From Dyella sp. (GTDB lineage: Bacteria; Pseudomonadota; Gammaproteobacteria; Xanthomonadales; Rhodanobacteraceae), in NCBI RefSeq assembly GCF_036384435.1, contig NZ_DASVMI010000030.1, positions 57,946-121,945 of the forward strand: a DNA stretch of 64,000 nucleotides, in the 5' to 3' direction. The notes beneath the pieces are model-generated. The model did no database searches, was not told the DNA's origin, and was given only the letters and a program-made list of their open reading frames with translations. The position numbers and the translations under genes were made by a program. How positions within the stretch are numbered: position 1 is the stretch's first letter; each line of letters begins with the position of its first letter. Positions 26,972-37,043 of this stretch are shown here, piece by piece.

Positions 26972-28696
26972 TCACGCACCCAGGGTCTCGGCAATCGCGG
27001 CCAACCACAGTGCCACGGCGACCGCACCGGGATCGGCATGACCACGGGTGCGATCGCCCAGGTACGAAGAGCGGCCCAGGCGGGGGGACATCTGACTGGT
27101 GGCTTGTGCGCCCGCTTGTGCTGCATCAGCGGCCGCATGGGCCACCGATGCGACAGCCATCGCCCGGCCGGCCGCTTCGGCGATCGCATCCGCGGCGGGG
27201 ATGAGCGCGTCGAGCATGGTGCGATCACCAGCGCGCCCGCCACCGAGATCCTGCACGCCTTCCACCCCCGCACGAAAAGCATCCCGCCAGGCATCGATGT
27301 CGCTGGCACTGGACGATGCCGAAAGCGTCACTGCCGCGCGCAACATGAATACAGCATACAGAGGCCCTGACGTTCCACCGATCACGCGGCGAAGAATGCC
27401 CGACAACGCAGCCAGCACAGACGCAGGATGGGATGCATCCAGCGCAGGGAGCGCATCGAGCATCGCGTTGACACCACGACTCAGGCTCAGGCCGATATCG
27501 CCATCGCCAACGATCGAATCGAGCTCCGTCAACTCACTTTCCGCCTCACGTAGCGCCGCTGCGACGCCATGCAGGCAGGCCACGAAGCGATCTGCGTCGG
27601 CAGGTTGCGCCCACGTCGGTCCAACAAGCGCGGAATCACCCGCATGCAGGTCATCCGTCGCAGGCGCTTTGACCGGCGGCGTTGAAGCCGGATGCGTCGC
27701 GGTAGTCCAGGCAGCCGCTGCCGTTGGCGCAAGAAGCCGCTCAAGCCTGGACGGATCGAGTCGCAGCAAGGACACCGAGCAACCGGGCATTTCAAGCGCA
27801 CTGAGAAAGGTACCCGCCCATGAAGCTTCTGCAGCGATGCCGGCCTGGTGCAGGCGAGCAAGCACATGGCGATTGACAATCGCCAACTCCTGCACCGCGC
27901 TACCTCCCAGGTTATTGATCAATACCGCGACCTTATCACCTGCACGCAACTGGCTGGATGCAAGCAGGCGATCCATCATCGTATCGACCATGGCATCGGC
28001 GACTTCGACATGCCCGCGTTGCGTTCCCTTCTCGCCATGAATACCCAGGCCATATTCGACTTCGTCGGCGCCCAGCTCGAATCCGGCTTTTCCTGCGGCC
28101 GGAACGATGCACGGTCCCAGGCCGAGCCCCATACTGAATACGTTATGGCTGGCCGCACTCGCTTCGTTGACTACCTCGGCAAGCGACAAGCCCGCAGCTG
28201 CCGCGGCACCGGCCACCTTGTGCACGAAGACGGTGCCGGCGATTCCGCGCCGCCCGACGGCTCCTGTTGCTTCGAGTGCTACGTCATCACCGACCACGAC
28301 CATCTCAACACGCAGCCCCGAAGCGCGGGCAATTTCAGCAGCAAGCCCGAAGTTGAGGCGATCTCCCGTGTAATTCTTCACGATCATCAAGGTCCCGGCA
28401 GGTCCGGTAACCGTACGCAAGGCCGCCAGTACAGCATCCACACTGGGTGAAGTGAAAACTTCGCCGATGACGGCTGCCGTCAACATGCCTTCACCGACAT
28501 AGCCGGCGTGCGCAGGCTCATGTCCTGCGCCTCCTCCCGAGATAATCGCGACCTTTCCGGCTGACGCATGCGCCGCATGGTCACTGCGTACGATGACGTT
28601 GTGTCCTTCCACGCGGGAAAGGCGGCCATCGGCGGCCACCAGGCCTTCAACCATGTCCTGCACGACATGCAGCGGGTCATTGATGAGTTTTTTCAC
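26972..28696 (-). CDS. dhaK: Dihydroxyacetone kinase, fused DhaK-DhaL (ATP-dependent type)
   Basis: SGGGAGHEPAHAG, KNYTGDRLNF, GIHGEKG, GDGDIG, GDRTMLDAL, GRSSY, DPGA; GTG start at 28696. Confidence 0.92.
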   Translation of the reverse strand: MKKLINDPLHVVQDMVEGLVAADGRLSRVEGHNVIVRSDHAAHASAGKVAIISGGGAGHEPAHAGYVGEGMLTAAVIGEVFTSPSVDAVLAALRTVTGPAGTLMIVKNYTGDRLNFGLAAEIARASGLRVEMVVVGDDVALEATGAVGRRGIAGTVFVHKVAGAAAAAGLSLAEVVNEASAASHNVFSMGLGLGPCIVPAAGKAGFELGADEVEYGLGIHGEKGTQRGHVEVADAMVDTMMDRLLASSQLRAGDKVAVLINNLGGSAVQELAIVNRHVLARLHQAGIAAEASWAGTFLSALEMPGCSVSLLRLDPSRLERLLAPTAAAAWTTATHPASTPPVKAPATDDLHAGDSALVGPTWAQPADADRFVACLHGVAAALREAESELTELDSIVGDGDIGLSLSRGVNAMLDALPALDASHPASVLAALSGILRRVIGGTSGPLYAVFMLRAAVTLSASSSASDIDAWRDAFRAGVEGVQDLGGGRAGDRTMLDALIPAADAIAEAAGRAMAVASVAHAAADAAQAGAQATSQMSPRLGRSSYLGDRTRGHADPGAVAVALWLAAIAETLGA

Positions 28697-28838
28697 GTGT
28701 GGCTCCTTGGGGACGGGGCAGACGCTTCGCGCATGCGACCCAGGGAGAGCCGCATCATGCGCATCGGCCAAAGCATGCGCCGTTCAAAGGGAGAATGTAC
28801 AGGCTTGGAAAACCTTCGCGACAGGCTCTTGGGTCTCT

Positions 28839-29999
28839 TCAGATCGGAGAGGCAGAAAGAACGTTACGCCCTTGCTTACCGATTGACGGCTGGCCGCCGC
28901 CCACCCAACGACGCAGCCCTGTCCTGGCAACCAACAAGGAATAACTTGCCAGGCAAACAAGCAAGGTCAGCAGTACCGACACGACCAGCTTGAGGCTCCA
29001 GTGCCATTCCAGGTCGAGCAGGCCATACTGCACGCCAAGGAGTATCGGCAGGTGCACCAGGTATACCCAATACGATGCATCCGCCAGCCATCGTAGAAGC
29101 CGGTTCGATATATCGAGCCATGTCCAGCCGGCCACCAGGCAGCAAAGTGTCAACCAACATCCAACGCACGACTCGAGCGCCGCCTTGATCGCGTCATCGT
29201 GCATATCGGCGTGACTCCAGCTCCCATGCAGTACGACGTAGGCCACCATGGCGGCGATGAACAACCAGGGCGCCAGGGTCTTGATGTCGTCGATGAACGC
29301 CCGATAGAGATAAAGATGGTAGCCGAGCCCGAAATACGCACCAAAGAAAATCACCGCCCATAGCTGGGGAAGCAGGGATTCGGGCGCGGGAAAGGGTTGA
29401 CTGGTTGCGCCGAGCGCCAGCGATAACACCAAGGGGAGCAGCCATGCGATCAACCACGACGCTTTTCGTGTCTTCATGCGTGCGTGCCAGCGCCCGGTTT
29501 CCATCGTGGAAACCACCCAGACCAGAATGGTAAACAGCATCAAATATGCGAGAAACCACAGGTGTGCGAGCCCGGGAATGAACGGCACGCTTCCATGATT
29601 CGACGCGTAGCGCCGTATCCATGCCAGCATCGGCGATGGATAACGCACCGTGCGGGCAGCCAATACGGTGAGCCAGTAAGTACTGCTCCATACGATGGGC
29701 AAGCCCACGACCAGCGGCACCAGGATGCGGCGCAGCCGTGAGCGGAACATGTTCCAGAGCCCTCGCCTGGCAACCAGCATGGCCGCAAAGAAGCCTGCCA
29801 CCACAAAGAACAACGGCATGCGAAACATATGCAGCCACCAGGCAATGGCGTCGATTGCGTTTGAGCTTTGCCTGTCCGCCACGGGCCAGATGCCGTGGAC
29901 CATCGGGCTATAAGCCAGAGCAGCATGGAAGATGACACCCGCGAGCATGGCTAGCGCCCGCAGGTTATCCATGGCATGAATCCGCCGCGCGTCTGGCAT
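28839..29999 (-). CDS. Acyltransferase family 3 (OpgC/MdoC-like) membrane protein
   Basis: DNLRALAML..VIFH, FRMPLFFVVAGFF, HLWFL, ADASYWVYLVHLP. Confidence 0.9.
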   Translation of the reverse strand: MPDARRIHAMDNLRALAMLAGVIFHAALAYSPMVHGIWPVADRQSSNAIDAIAWWLHMFRMPLFFVVAGFFAAMLVARRGLWNMFRSRLRRILVPLVVGLPIVWSSTYWLTVLAARTVRYPSPMLAWIRRYASNHGSVPFIPGLAHLWFLAYLMLFTILVWVVSTMETGRWHARMKTRKASWLIAWLLPLVLSLALGATSQPFPAPESLLPQLWAVIFFGAYFGLGYHLYLYRAFIDDIKTLAPWLFIAAMVAYVVLHGSWSHADMHDDAIKAALESCVGCWLTLCCLVAGWTWLDISNRLLRWLADASYWVYLVHLPILLGVQYGLLDLEWHWSLKLVVSVLLTLLVCLASYSLLVARTGLRRWVGGGQPSIGKQGRNVLSASPI

Positions 30000-30010
30000 G
30001 GGCCGGTTTC

Positions 30011-30685
30011 CTAGAGGAAGGAGGTCTTGCGCTTCTGTAACCAGCTGGTCAGGCCTATCGCGATGGCGATCGCCGCGCATTCTGCCGCGAGCACACCTAG
30101 CGCCGCTGGGCTCCAGACAACCCGGTCGCCACGGATGAATGGTGCGATGCCATCGAGCTGAGCGACCAGGTACATGAATGGGCCGAGCAACGTCATCAGC
30201 GCCAGCATCATGAAGGTATTCCAGCCTTCCGATTCCACTACGATGGCAAAACACAGCGAGGCGCTGAAACTGGCGAACAGGAACATCGCGGTCAACAACA
30301 TCCAGACAAGGGAACCATCCGGGATCGCGGTCAACATGATCATGGCCACCATGCCACCGGTCACCAGCGAGAAGGGCAACATGTAAATCGCCAGATTGGC
30401 CAGCAGCTTGCCCCAGTACACATCCATCGGAGACACCGGCAGGCTCATGATGAAGGCGAGCGTCTGCTGCTTGCGCTCGGTCAACAGCGAACTCTGGATC
30501 GCGAATGATCCCACCACGACCTGCAACACCAGCAACAACAGCGCGCCAGCCGACGATGCCCAGGGCTTGCCCGTGCCGATCAGGCCCAGTGCCAGCACCA
30601 TGCCAGCCACGTAGCCGGCCAGTTGCTTCTGGTAGACCTGCCAGTCCTTGATGACCAGCAAGGCGATCATGCGTGCGCGGCTCAT
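30011..30685 (-). CDS. ABC-2 type permease
   Basis: 6 TM segments; ERKQQTLAFIMSLPVS. Confidence 0.88.
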   Translation of the reverse strand: MSRARMIALLVIKDWQVYQKQLAGYVAGMVLALGLIGTGKPWASSAGALLLLVLQVVVGSFAIQSSLLTERKQQTLAFIMSLPVSPMDVYWGKLLANLAIYMLPFSLVTGGMVAMIMLTAIPDGSLVWMLLTAMFLFASFSASLCFAIVVESEGWNTFMMLALMTLLGPFMYLVAQLDGIAPFIRGDRVVWSPAALGVLAAECAAIAIAIGLTSWLQKRKTSFL

Positions 30686-31566
30686 GGGTTTGCTCCCCGG
30701 CGAACGGTCGTTACGAAGATGTCTTCCAACGCCATTGGCTCGACCGACACGATCTCCAGGCCTCTGTGCCGCAGCCCATGCAGGAACGACTCATCAAAGG
30801 CGTGGGTCTTGATTTCGATGAATGGCGCGCTTTCACGGATCGAGGCGATGCCAGGATCTTCACCGAGCCATGTGTCGATCGAACCGCGACACAGAATGCG
30901 TCGCCAACGGTCGAGGAAGGATTCTCTGTCGTCGCTGGCGACCACGCGGCCGCCGTGCAAAAACGTAATGCTATCGGCCAGTTGCTCAATGTCGGCGGTG
31001 TTATGCGAAGAGAACAGGACCGATCGCTCCTCGTCGCGGAGCACGTCGGCCAATGCACCCAGCACTTCGGCGCGAGCCACGGGGTCGAGGCCGGTAGTCG
31101 GCTCGTCCAGCAGCAGCAGGCGCGGGTGGCGGGCAAAGATCAGTAGCAGCAGCGCCTTGACGCGTTGTCCGTGTGAAAAGCCGCCAAGCTTCTGCGAGGC
31201 ACGCAGGTCGAAGCGGGAAAGCAGATCTTGCGCATACGTTTCATCCCATGCCGGATAGATCTGGCCGATCAGGTCCATATGCCATCGCAGGCTCTGTCCG
31301 CGATACAGACGTATATCGTCGGAGGCATAGCCGATCTGCTGCTTCACCTCGACCTGGGCGTCGGGCATGGGTTTGCCCAATACATCGACCGTGCCACTGT
31401 CTGCCCGAACCAGGCCGACAAGCAGGCGCATCAAGGTGGATTTACCAGCGCCATTGACGCCTACCAGCCCCATGACCTGCCCCAGGGGCAACGTCAACGC
31501 AACGTCGTGCAACGCAAATTCACCGTACTGCTTTCTGACGCCATGAAGTGCGATGGCCAAAGACAT
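30682..31566 (-). CDS. ABC transporter ATP-binding protein (YtrB-like)
   Basis: GVNGAGKST, FSHGQ, LLLLDEPT, SSH. Confidence 0.95.
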   Translation of the reverse strand: MSLAIALHGVRKQYGEFALHDVALTLPLGQVMGLVGVNGAGKSTLMRLLVGLVRADSGTVDVLGKPMPDAQVEVKQQIGYASDDIRLYRGQSLRWHMDLIGQIYPAWDETYAQDLLSRFDLRASQKLGGFSHGQRVKALLLLIFARHPRLLLLDEPTTGLDPVARAEVLGALADVLRDEERSVLFSSHNTADIEQLADSITFLHGGRVVASDDRESFLDRWRRILCRGSIDTWLGEDPGIASIRESAPFIEIKTHAFDESFLHGLRHRGLEIVSVEPMALEDIFVTTVRRGANP

Positions 31567-31599
31567 GCGATATCCCCCCTTGGGAGCCGCCCTGGACGT

Positions 31600-31989
31600 T
31601 TAAGATGTGTCGGAGGGTTGAAGCAAGGCTTCATCCACCCGCTTGCGTACTTGCCTGGGTTCCAATCCCAGTTTCCTCGCCGTGGCGATCAGTCCCGTCA
31701 ACTGGGTACGAAACTCCGCTTCCAGCATGGATCGTGACGCTTCGGGCCGATCGGCAACGAAGGAGCCCTTGCCATGCTGGGTCACGATGATCCCGGCATG
31801 CTCAAGCTCCATGTAGGCACGTTTGACCGTGATCACGCTGACCTGGCTGTTACTGGCCAGTTCGCGAATCGAAGGCAACAGATACCCTGCAGGCCATTGG
31901 CCCGCCATCACCTTTGCCACCACCTGCTCGACGATCTGCGCATACATCGGCGTGCTGGAGTGACTGGACAGAACCAGTTCGTCACTCAT
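31600..31989 (-). CDS. GntR regulator, YtrA subfamily
   Basis: PMYAQIVEQ...LPSIRELA...VSVITVKRAYMELE; short C-terminal domain. Confidence 0.92.
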   Translation of the reverse strand: MSDELVLSSHSSTPMYAQIVEQVVAKVMAGQWPAGYLLPSIRELASNSQVSVITVKRAYMELEHAGIIVTQHGKGSFVADRPEASRSMLEAEFRTQLTGLIATARKLGLEPRQVRKRVDEALLQPSDTS

Positions 31990-32006
31990 GCATGGACGGA
32001 TACTCA

Positions 32007-32029
32007 CTGTGCATAGTGAGTATATACAG
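32007..32029. promoter_or_regulatory. YtrA-type operator CTGTGCATA-GTGAG-TATATACAG
   Basis: Imperfect inverted repeat (7/9) with 5-nt spacer, 18 bp upstream of the ytrA-like start. Confidence 0.65.
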
Positions 32030-32073
32030 ATAAGCCCGGTCGTCAACTCCCGGCGGCTGGCCGCCGTCAACCA

Positions 32074-33195
32074 TCACCACACATCCACGATCAGTTCCAG
32101 AGCAGGCGGCTGGCCATCACTCCATGCCTTGATGGCAATGGTCGCCGGCACGAAACTCTGCCCCCGATATGCCGGGGATGCGGTGTATCGATTCACATGA
32201 CCGGTGCGCAAGAGTTCGACCACGTCGTGATCGATCTTCTGCTTGGCTTTCCTGGCCGCCGTGGACACAAAGCAGGTGTTGGCCGGCACGTCATCGCCGC
32301 CCAGCTCCGGTGGAAACAGCAGGACTTTTTCAAGCAAGCCTTCTGCCGCCAGTTCTTCCAGTTGCTGGCGTGAGGACACATCGGAGAAATCCGGCGGTGC
32401 GGGCGGCTCCACGACCGACGCGCGATCACGCGCGCTGAACTGGCCTGTACCCGCGGCCGCCAGACGCTCGAGCAAGGCACGCCGGCCGTGCTCTTTCGAC
32501 CATTGCATCTCGGTATCGGTGATGACGGTGGCAATGAGCCACTCCATTCGGCCGTGCGGCAACTCGATTGCCGTAGGCAATACGTCTTGCGCATGGGCAA
32601 TCAGCAAATGCACATGGTCCTGCGCACCAACCTGGATATTCTCTACGGTCAGCCCGTCATAATCATGGACGCGCTGGAGTATGCCCGCATCATGCAGCAG
32701 CTCGGCTTGCGCCACCCACTGCAGCACCCACAACGGCCATTCGGCATCTTCGTGTGCCAGCACCATGAGTTCGTAGCCGTAGCCGGCGCGACCGGCAGGC
32801 GCGTCCACGCCGGACCTGGATTGCAAGGTGGCAGAGGCCCGATCCAGGCGCCCCAAGGGATCTTGCCCGGCGACCAGGTCCGAAGACGCGACCTTCGTTG
32901 GCATATCCGTATTGGTCAGGCCAAAGGTGGTGTAGACCCAGGCATCTTCGGACAGCTTGTTTGCACGGATCGCATGCAGGCCGCCGCCTGGCCAGGTACC
33001 CACGAGATGGCCGAGTTTCAGGAGATCATCCGGCAGCTTGCCGATGTGCTCGACATAGGCACGCACGCGCGCTGCATAGCCTTCGTCCCACGACGTCACC
33101 GGTTGATGATCGGTGTTCGCGTGCGGAGCGGCGACCTCAGGTCTCACGGTATCCTTACCCAGCAGGGCAACTACCCGTTTCCAAAGCCCAGCCAT
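32074..33195 (-). CDS. Suppressor-of-fused (SUFU)-like domain protein fused to an uncharacterised C-terminal domain
   Basis: WPGGG, YTTFGLTN, GYGYELM, LIATVIT..E motifs; C-terminal LEKVLLFPPELGGDDVPANT domain. Confidence 0.7.
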   Translation of the reverse strand: MAGLWKRVVALLGKDTVRPEVAAPHANTDHQPVTSWDEGYAARVRAYVEHIGKLPDDLLKLGHLVGTWPGGGLHAIRANKLSEDAWVYTTFGLTNTDMPTKVASSDLVAGQDPLGRLDRASATLQSRSGVDAPAGRAGYGYELMVLAHEDAEWPLWVLQWVAQAELLHDAGILQRVHDYDGLTVENIQVGAQDHVHLLIAHAQDVLPTAIELPHGRMEWLIATVITDTEMQWSKEHGRRALLERLAAAGTGQFSARDRASVVEPPAPPDFSDVSSRQQLEELAAEGLLEKVLLFPPELGGDDVPANTCFVSTAARKAKQKIDHDVVELLRTGHVNRYTASPAYRGQSFVPATIAIKAWSDGQPPALELIVDVW

Positions 33196-33399
33196 GCGTT
33201 ACATCCCCTGTTCTTGAAAACCTGGCGCAGCCAAGTCCTTCACCGTCGCACGGCGAAGCTCGAAAGATAGCACTCCTGCATACACCAGGCATGTCCGCGA
33301 CATCGTATTTTCCTGCGACTCGGGCGCATGCCTCAGCGCTGGGCCGCTCACACTTTTGCTTCCAGGCTGCTAGCCTTTCCGCTCGCATGAGGCCAACGC

Positions 33400-34305
33400 A
33401 TGCCAGCTAACCTGTTGCCATTGAACGCCCTGATGGAGCCGCTGCGCGGCTTCGTCGCCGTGGGCAGGCATATGAGCATTACCCAGGCAGCACACGAGCT
33501 ATGCCTGAGCCAGTCGGCGGTAAGCCGGCAGGTACAGGCGCTCGAACAACGCCTGGGTGTGAAACTGCTGCAACGAGGTCATCGCGCGGTGACGTTTACC
33601 GCCGAAGGCGAGCGATTGTTTCGCGAAGCTGATGCCGCCTTGCGGCAGCTGCAACAGGCGGTGACGTCGATATCCGCCACGAACATCCCCCAGCCAGTCA
33701 CGGTAAGCGCCAGCATCGGGCTGACCTCCTTGTGGCTGCTGCCCAGACTGGGGCGTTTCCAGCAGCAACACCCGGCCATCGATTTGCGCGTGGCGGCGAG
33801 CAATCGCCTGGTGAACCTCGATGTCGACGATGTCGACCTGGCCATACGCTATTGCGCCAGCGCCGATGCGCCCAACGGGGCGAGGCGACTGTTCGATGAG
33901 CAGATCGCGCCCGTGGCAAGCACCCAGCCAGGGCGGCATCACCTGCAATCACCCGATGACCTCGATGGCTCGGTATTGCTGGAATATGACGACGCCAGGC
34001 GACCCTGGTTGCAGTGGCGCGACTGGCTGCAGGCCCGCAGTTGGAAGGTGCGGCCCAAGGCGATACTGCGTTTCACCCAGTACGATCAGGTGGTGCATTC
34101 GGCCCTGGCTGGCCAGGGTATTGCCCTGGGGCGCATACCCTTGCTCGGATCATGGCTGGAAGGCGGCCAGTTGCAGTTGTTGGACACGCCAGGCAAACCC
34201 CAAGGGACTGATCACGCCTACTGGCTGCTCCAGGACAACCGGCCACACCGCGACGGCGTGCTCGCCGTCGTCTCGTGGCTGCTCGCCGAGGCCGGCATCA
34301 CCTGA
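33400..34305 (+). CDS. LysR regulator (GcvA-like)
   Basis: LRGFVAVGRHMSITQAAHELCLSQSAVSRQV. Confidence 0.95.
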   Translation: MPANLLPLNALMEPLRGFVAVGRHMSITQAAHELCLSQSAVSRQVQALEQRLGVKLLQRGHRAVTFTAEGERLFREADAALRQLQQAVTSISATNIPQPVTVSASIGLTSLWLLPRLGRFQQQHPAIDLRVAASNRLVNLDVDDVDLAIRYCASADAPNGARRLFDEQIAPVASTQPGRHHLQSPDDLDGSVLLEYDDARRPWLQWRDWLQARSWKVRPKAILRFTQYDQVVHSALAGQGIALGRIPLLGSWLEGGQLQLLDTPGKPQGTDHAYWLLQDNRPHRDGVLAVVSWLLAEAGIT

Positions 34306-34424
34306 AACCCGGGTTCTGGCATGCGCCGGACGCATGCCAGATGCGCATGTTTTGCGTTTGAGGCGCCGCCGTGATCGGTGCCCAATAACCGCACACGCCA
34401 TCTGCGGCGTGTGCTGGAGCTCGC

Positions 34425-35336
34425 ATGTCGATCAAACCCGAACTATCCGCACCAGACACAGCGCATATTCCCTCAATGCATGGCGCACAAAAATGGTTCA
34501 TGCCCTCGCCGCCCATCGTGCAAGCGACGTTGAGCTACCTGGTGCCGGGCGATGCGACGCCCATCCAATACGCTTATGAGCCGCCAGCCGGCACGCCGTG
34601 GGAAAGCGGCGAATTCGATGATGCGACCATGAGCATCGGCGATGCCCGCAAGCGGGACATGCAACCATCGTTGCACCGCGATGGCTTCGAGCTATGGGAT
34701 GCCCCGACCCAACTGCAAAACCATGACGACGACGATGAAATTCGGCGCGTCTACTACCCCGAGCTCGAAGAGCTGGCCCTGGTTTCGACCGGCGGTCGCC
34801 ATGCCTTCGTATTCGACCATCTCGTACGCCAGCGCCAACCTGACGACCAGTCGCTGAACTTCGGCCGCGCCAGGCGCGGCCAGACCGCCGGACCGAACGC
34901 CCGCATCCATACCGATTACACCGAAGCATCCGGTCAGCGTCGCCTTGGCCTGGTGCTCGGCCAGGACCTCAATCGCCACCGATCCTCGCGCTATTGCATC
35001 GTCAATGTATGGCGTTCCCTGCGCGGGCCGGTATTGGACACTCCACTGGCCGTGTGCGATGCACGCAGCGTGGACGCGGGCGACCTGATTCAGGCCGAAG
35101 TGCGCTATCCGCGCCGCAACGGAGAAATCTACCTGGCCACCCGCTCGGCTCGCCATCAGTGGTGGTATTACTCGGCCATGGATCGCCCCGAAGCGTTGGT
35201 CTTCAAGCAGTACGATTCCAGGCTCAGTGGCGTATCGCGATTCGTCCCGCATGCAGCGTTCGCGCACCCGGACGCACCCAAGGATGCACCGCCGCGGCTG
35301 AGCATCGAAGCGCGCTGCCTTGTCCTTCTCGATTGA
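34425..35336 (+). CDS. CmcJ/NvfI-family Fe(II)/2-oxoglutarate-dependent oxidoreductase
   Basis: GFEL, FDHLVR, IHTDYT (HxD), NVWRSL, PLAVCDARSV, FKQYDS, PHAAF, RLSIEAR. Confidence 0.85.
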   Translation: MSIKPELSAPDTAHIPSMHGAQKWFMPSPPIVQATLSYLVPGDATPIQYAYEPPAGTPWESGEFDDATMSIGDARKRDMQPSLHRDGFELWDAPTQLQNHDDDDEIRRVYYPELEELALVSTGGRHAFVFDHLVRQRQPDDQSLNFGRARRGQTAGPNARIHTDYTEASGQRRLGLVLGQDLNRHRSSRYCIVNVWRSLRGPVLDTPLAVCDARSVDAGDLIQAEVRYPRRNGEIYLATRSARHQWWYYSAMDRPEALVFKQYDSRLSGVSRFVPHAAFAHPDAPKDAPPRLSIEARCLVLLD

Positions 35337-35339
35337 TTC

Positions 35340-35969
35340 TTGACGACGGAGCTTTCCATGATCGAATGCTGGTTCGAATTCGGCAGCAACTACAGCTATC
35401 TGAGCGTCATGCGCATCGAGCAGGAAGCTGCCGCGCGCGGCGTGACCGTTCAATGGCGCCCATTCCTTCTTGGCCCTATTTTTCATAGCTTCGGCTGGGA
35501 TAATTCACCCTTTGTGCTACAGGAAGCCAAAGGCCGCTATGTCTGGCAGGACATGCCGCGGCAATGCCTGAAATATGGGCTTGCCTGGCGACAACCCAGC
35601 CAGTTTCCGCGACGAGCACTGCTACCCATGCGCGTGGCGCTGCTCGGTGAAGACCAGCCCTGGATGGCCGCCTATTGCCGCCGTGTCATGCGCATGAACT
35701 TTGCCGAGGACCGTGACATCGACACGGTACAGGCGGTCAGCGAGGCGTTGTCCGAACTCGGGCTGCCCGTGGAGCAGATCCTTCAGCAAGCCGGTAGCGA
35801 CGAGGTGAAGCAACGCTTGCGCGAGCGCACCGAACAGGCCAAGGCGCGGGGCATTTTCGGCGCCCCCATGTTTTTCGTCGGTAACGACATGTACTGGGGC
35901 AACGATCGCCTGGAAGATGCGCTCGATGACGCCGCCGCGCGGCAGGCCACGCCTGAAGCAACAGACTGA
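35340..35969 (+). CDS. 2-hydroxychromene-2-carboxylate isomerase/DsbA-like (GST-kappa) protein
   Basis: WFEFGSNYSYL, WRPFLLGPIF, GIFGAPMF...YWGNDRL. Confidence 0.9.
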   Translation: MTTELSMIECWFEFGSNYSYLSVMRIEQEAAARGVTVQWRPFLLGPIFHSFGWDNSPFVLQEAKGRYVWQDMPRQCLKYGLAWRQPSQFPRRALLPMRVALLGEDQPWMAAYCRRVMRMNFAEDRDIDTVQAVSEALSELGLPVEQILQQAGSDEVKQRLRERTEQAKARGIFGAPMFFVGNDMYWGNDRLEDALDDAAARQATPEATD

Positions 35970-36051
35970 AACAAGCCCGCGTGCAAGGCGCGAGGCTTTG
36001 GTTCAAGCCAAGGACGGCCTGGGTGCCCGGACATTACGCTAACTGTGCCGG

Positions 36052-36540
36052 TCAGTCATCACTTGAGGCTCGCGCGCCCTCCGGCGTTAGCACGAGATGG
36101 AAGAACTGGTTGAAGTCACTGGCAACGTAATCGCCGAACGGGGCTCCGTTGGCGAAACCAAAACGCCGATACATCGCAATGGCAGCCTGGAAGGATTCGC
36201 CAGACCCCGTTTCCAGGCTGAGCCTTTCGTAACCACGTTGCTGCGCCAGCGCGATCATATGTTGCAGCAATGCCGTCGCCGCGCCCTTGCGCAAATGCGC
36301 AGGTGCAGTGCGCATCGACTTGATCTCGCCATGAGTCACGGACAGTTCGCGCAGCGCGCCGCAACCAAGCAGCTCATCGCCATCCCAGGCGGCAAAAAAC
36401 GCTATGTCAGGTCGCTTCAGACCAGACAGATCCAGGGCAAAGACGTTACCTGCCGGCGAATTGGCATGCATGCTGCGCAAATGAAAGCCAAGCAAATCGA
36501 TGACACGCGGGTCTTCCAGATGACCGCTGGAAATAATCAC
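36052..36540 (-). CDS. GNAT N-acetyltransferase
   Basis: GCGAL, GEIKSMRT, RKGAA, LSLETGS, LYRRFGF-like motif. Confidence 0.92.
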   Translation of the reverse strand: MIISSGHLEDPRVIDLLGFHLRSMHANSPAGNVFALDLSGLKRPDIAFFAAWDGDELLGCGALRELSVTHGEIKSMRTAPAHLRKGAATALLQHMIALAQQRGYERLSLETGSGESFQAAIAMYRRFGFANGAPFGDYVASDFNQFFHLVLTPEGARASSDD

Positions 36541-37043
36541 GATAGGCGCCTCGTCGCAGTATGCAGATAGGGATCATGCTCCGATTTGTGCTTTGAGCGG
36601 ACCGGAGCGATGCCAGGTGATGCGTGCCGTCGCCGTCATGTTGCTTCGTGGCGAAGGCTACGGATCTGGCTCTGTCCATGATACAAGCTGCGCATCGCCA
36701 AGCCACGGCTTGATTGTATCCAAGCGGCATGGCAGCCGGCTCAATCGGGCGAGCATGGCTTTCCAGGTCCAAAAACAGCATCCTGGTCTCGCTCCATCGC
36801 CTCGAAACCCGCGCCGCGCCTTATGGTCGACATATTGCCGACGCTTCCAAGCTGGTCGACCCCGCTGGATTCACCACCCAGGCTGGATGGCCAAGCCCCG
36901 TCACGGGAGGGAGCGGCGCCGGCAAGCCGACCGGGTATCCGCTGCCTCGATGTGATCGACGGTGTGGATGCCTGTCGAAATATCCAAGCTTCGTTCGTCC
37001 TTCTCATGAGGGTCATCCTCCCATCACTCAACGAGGTCATATC

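Noticed and set aside
36541-37043. N-terminal extension or extra gene before SRPBCC
   Set aside because: No recognisable motifs; the SRPBCC start at 37044 has a GAGG RBS
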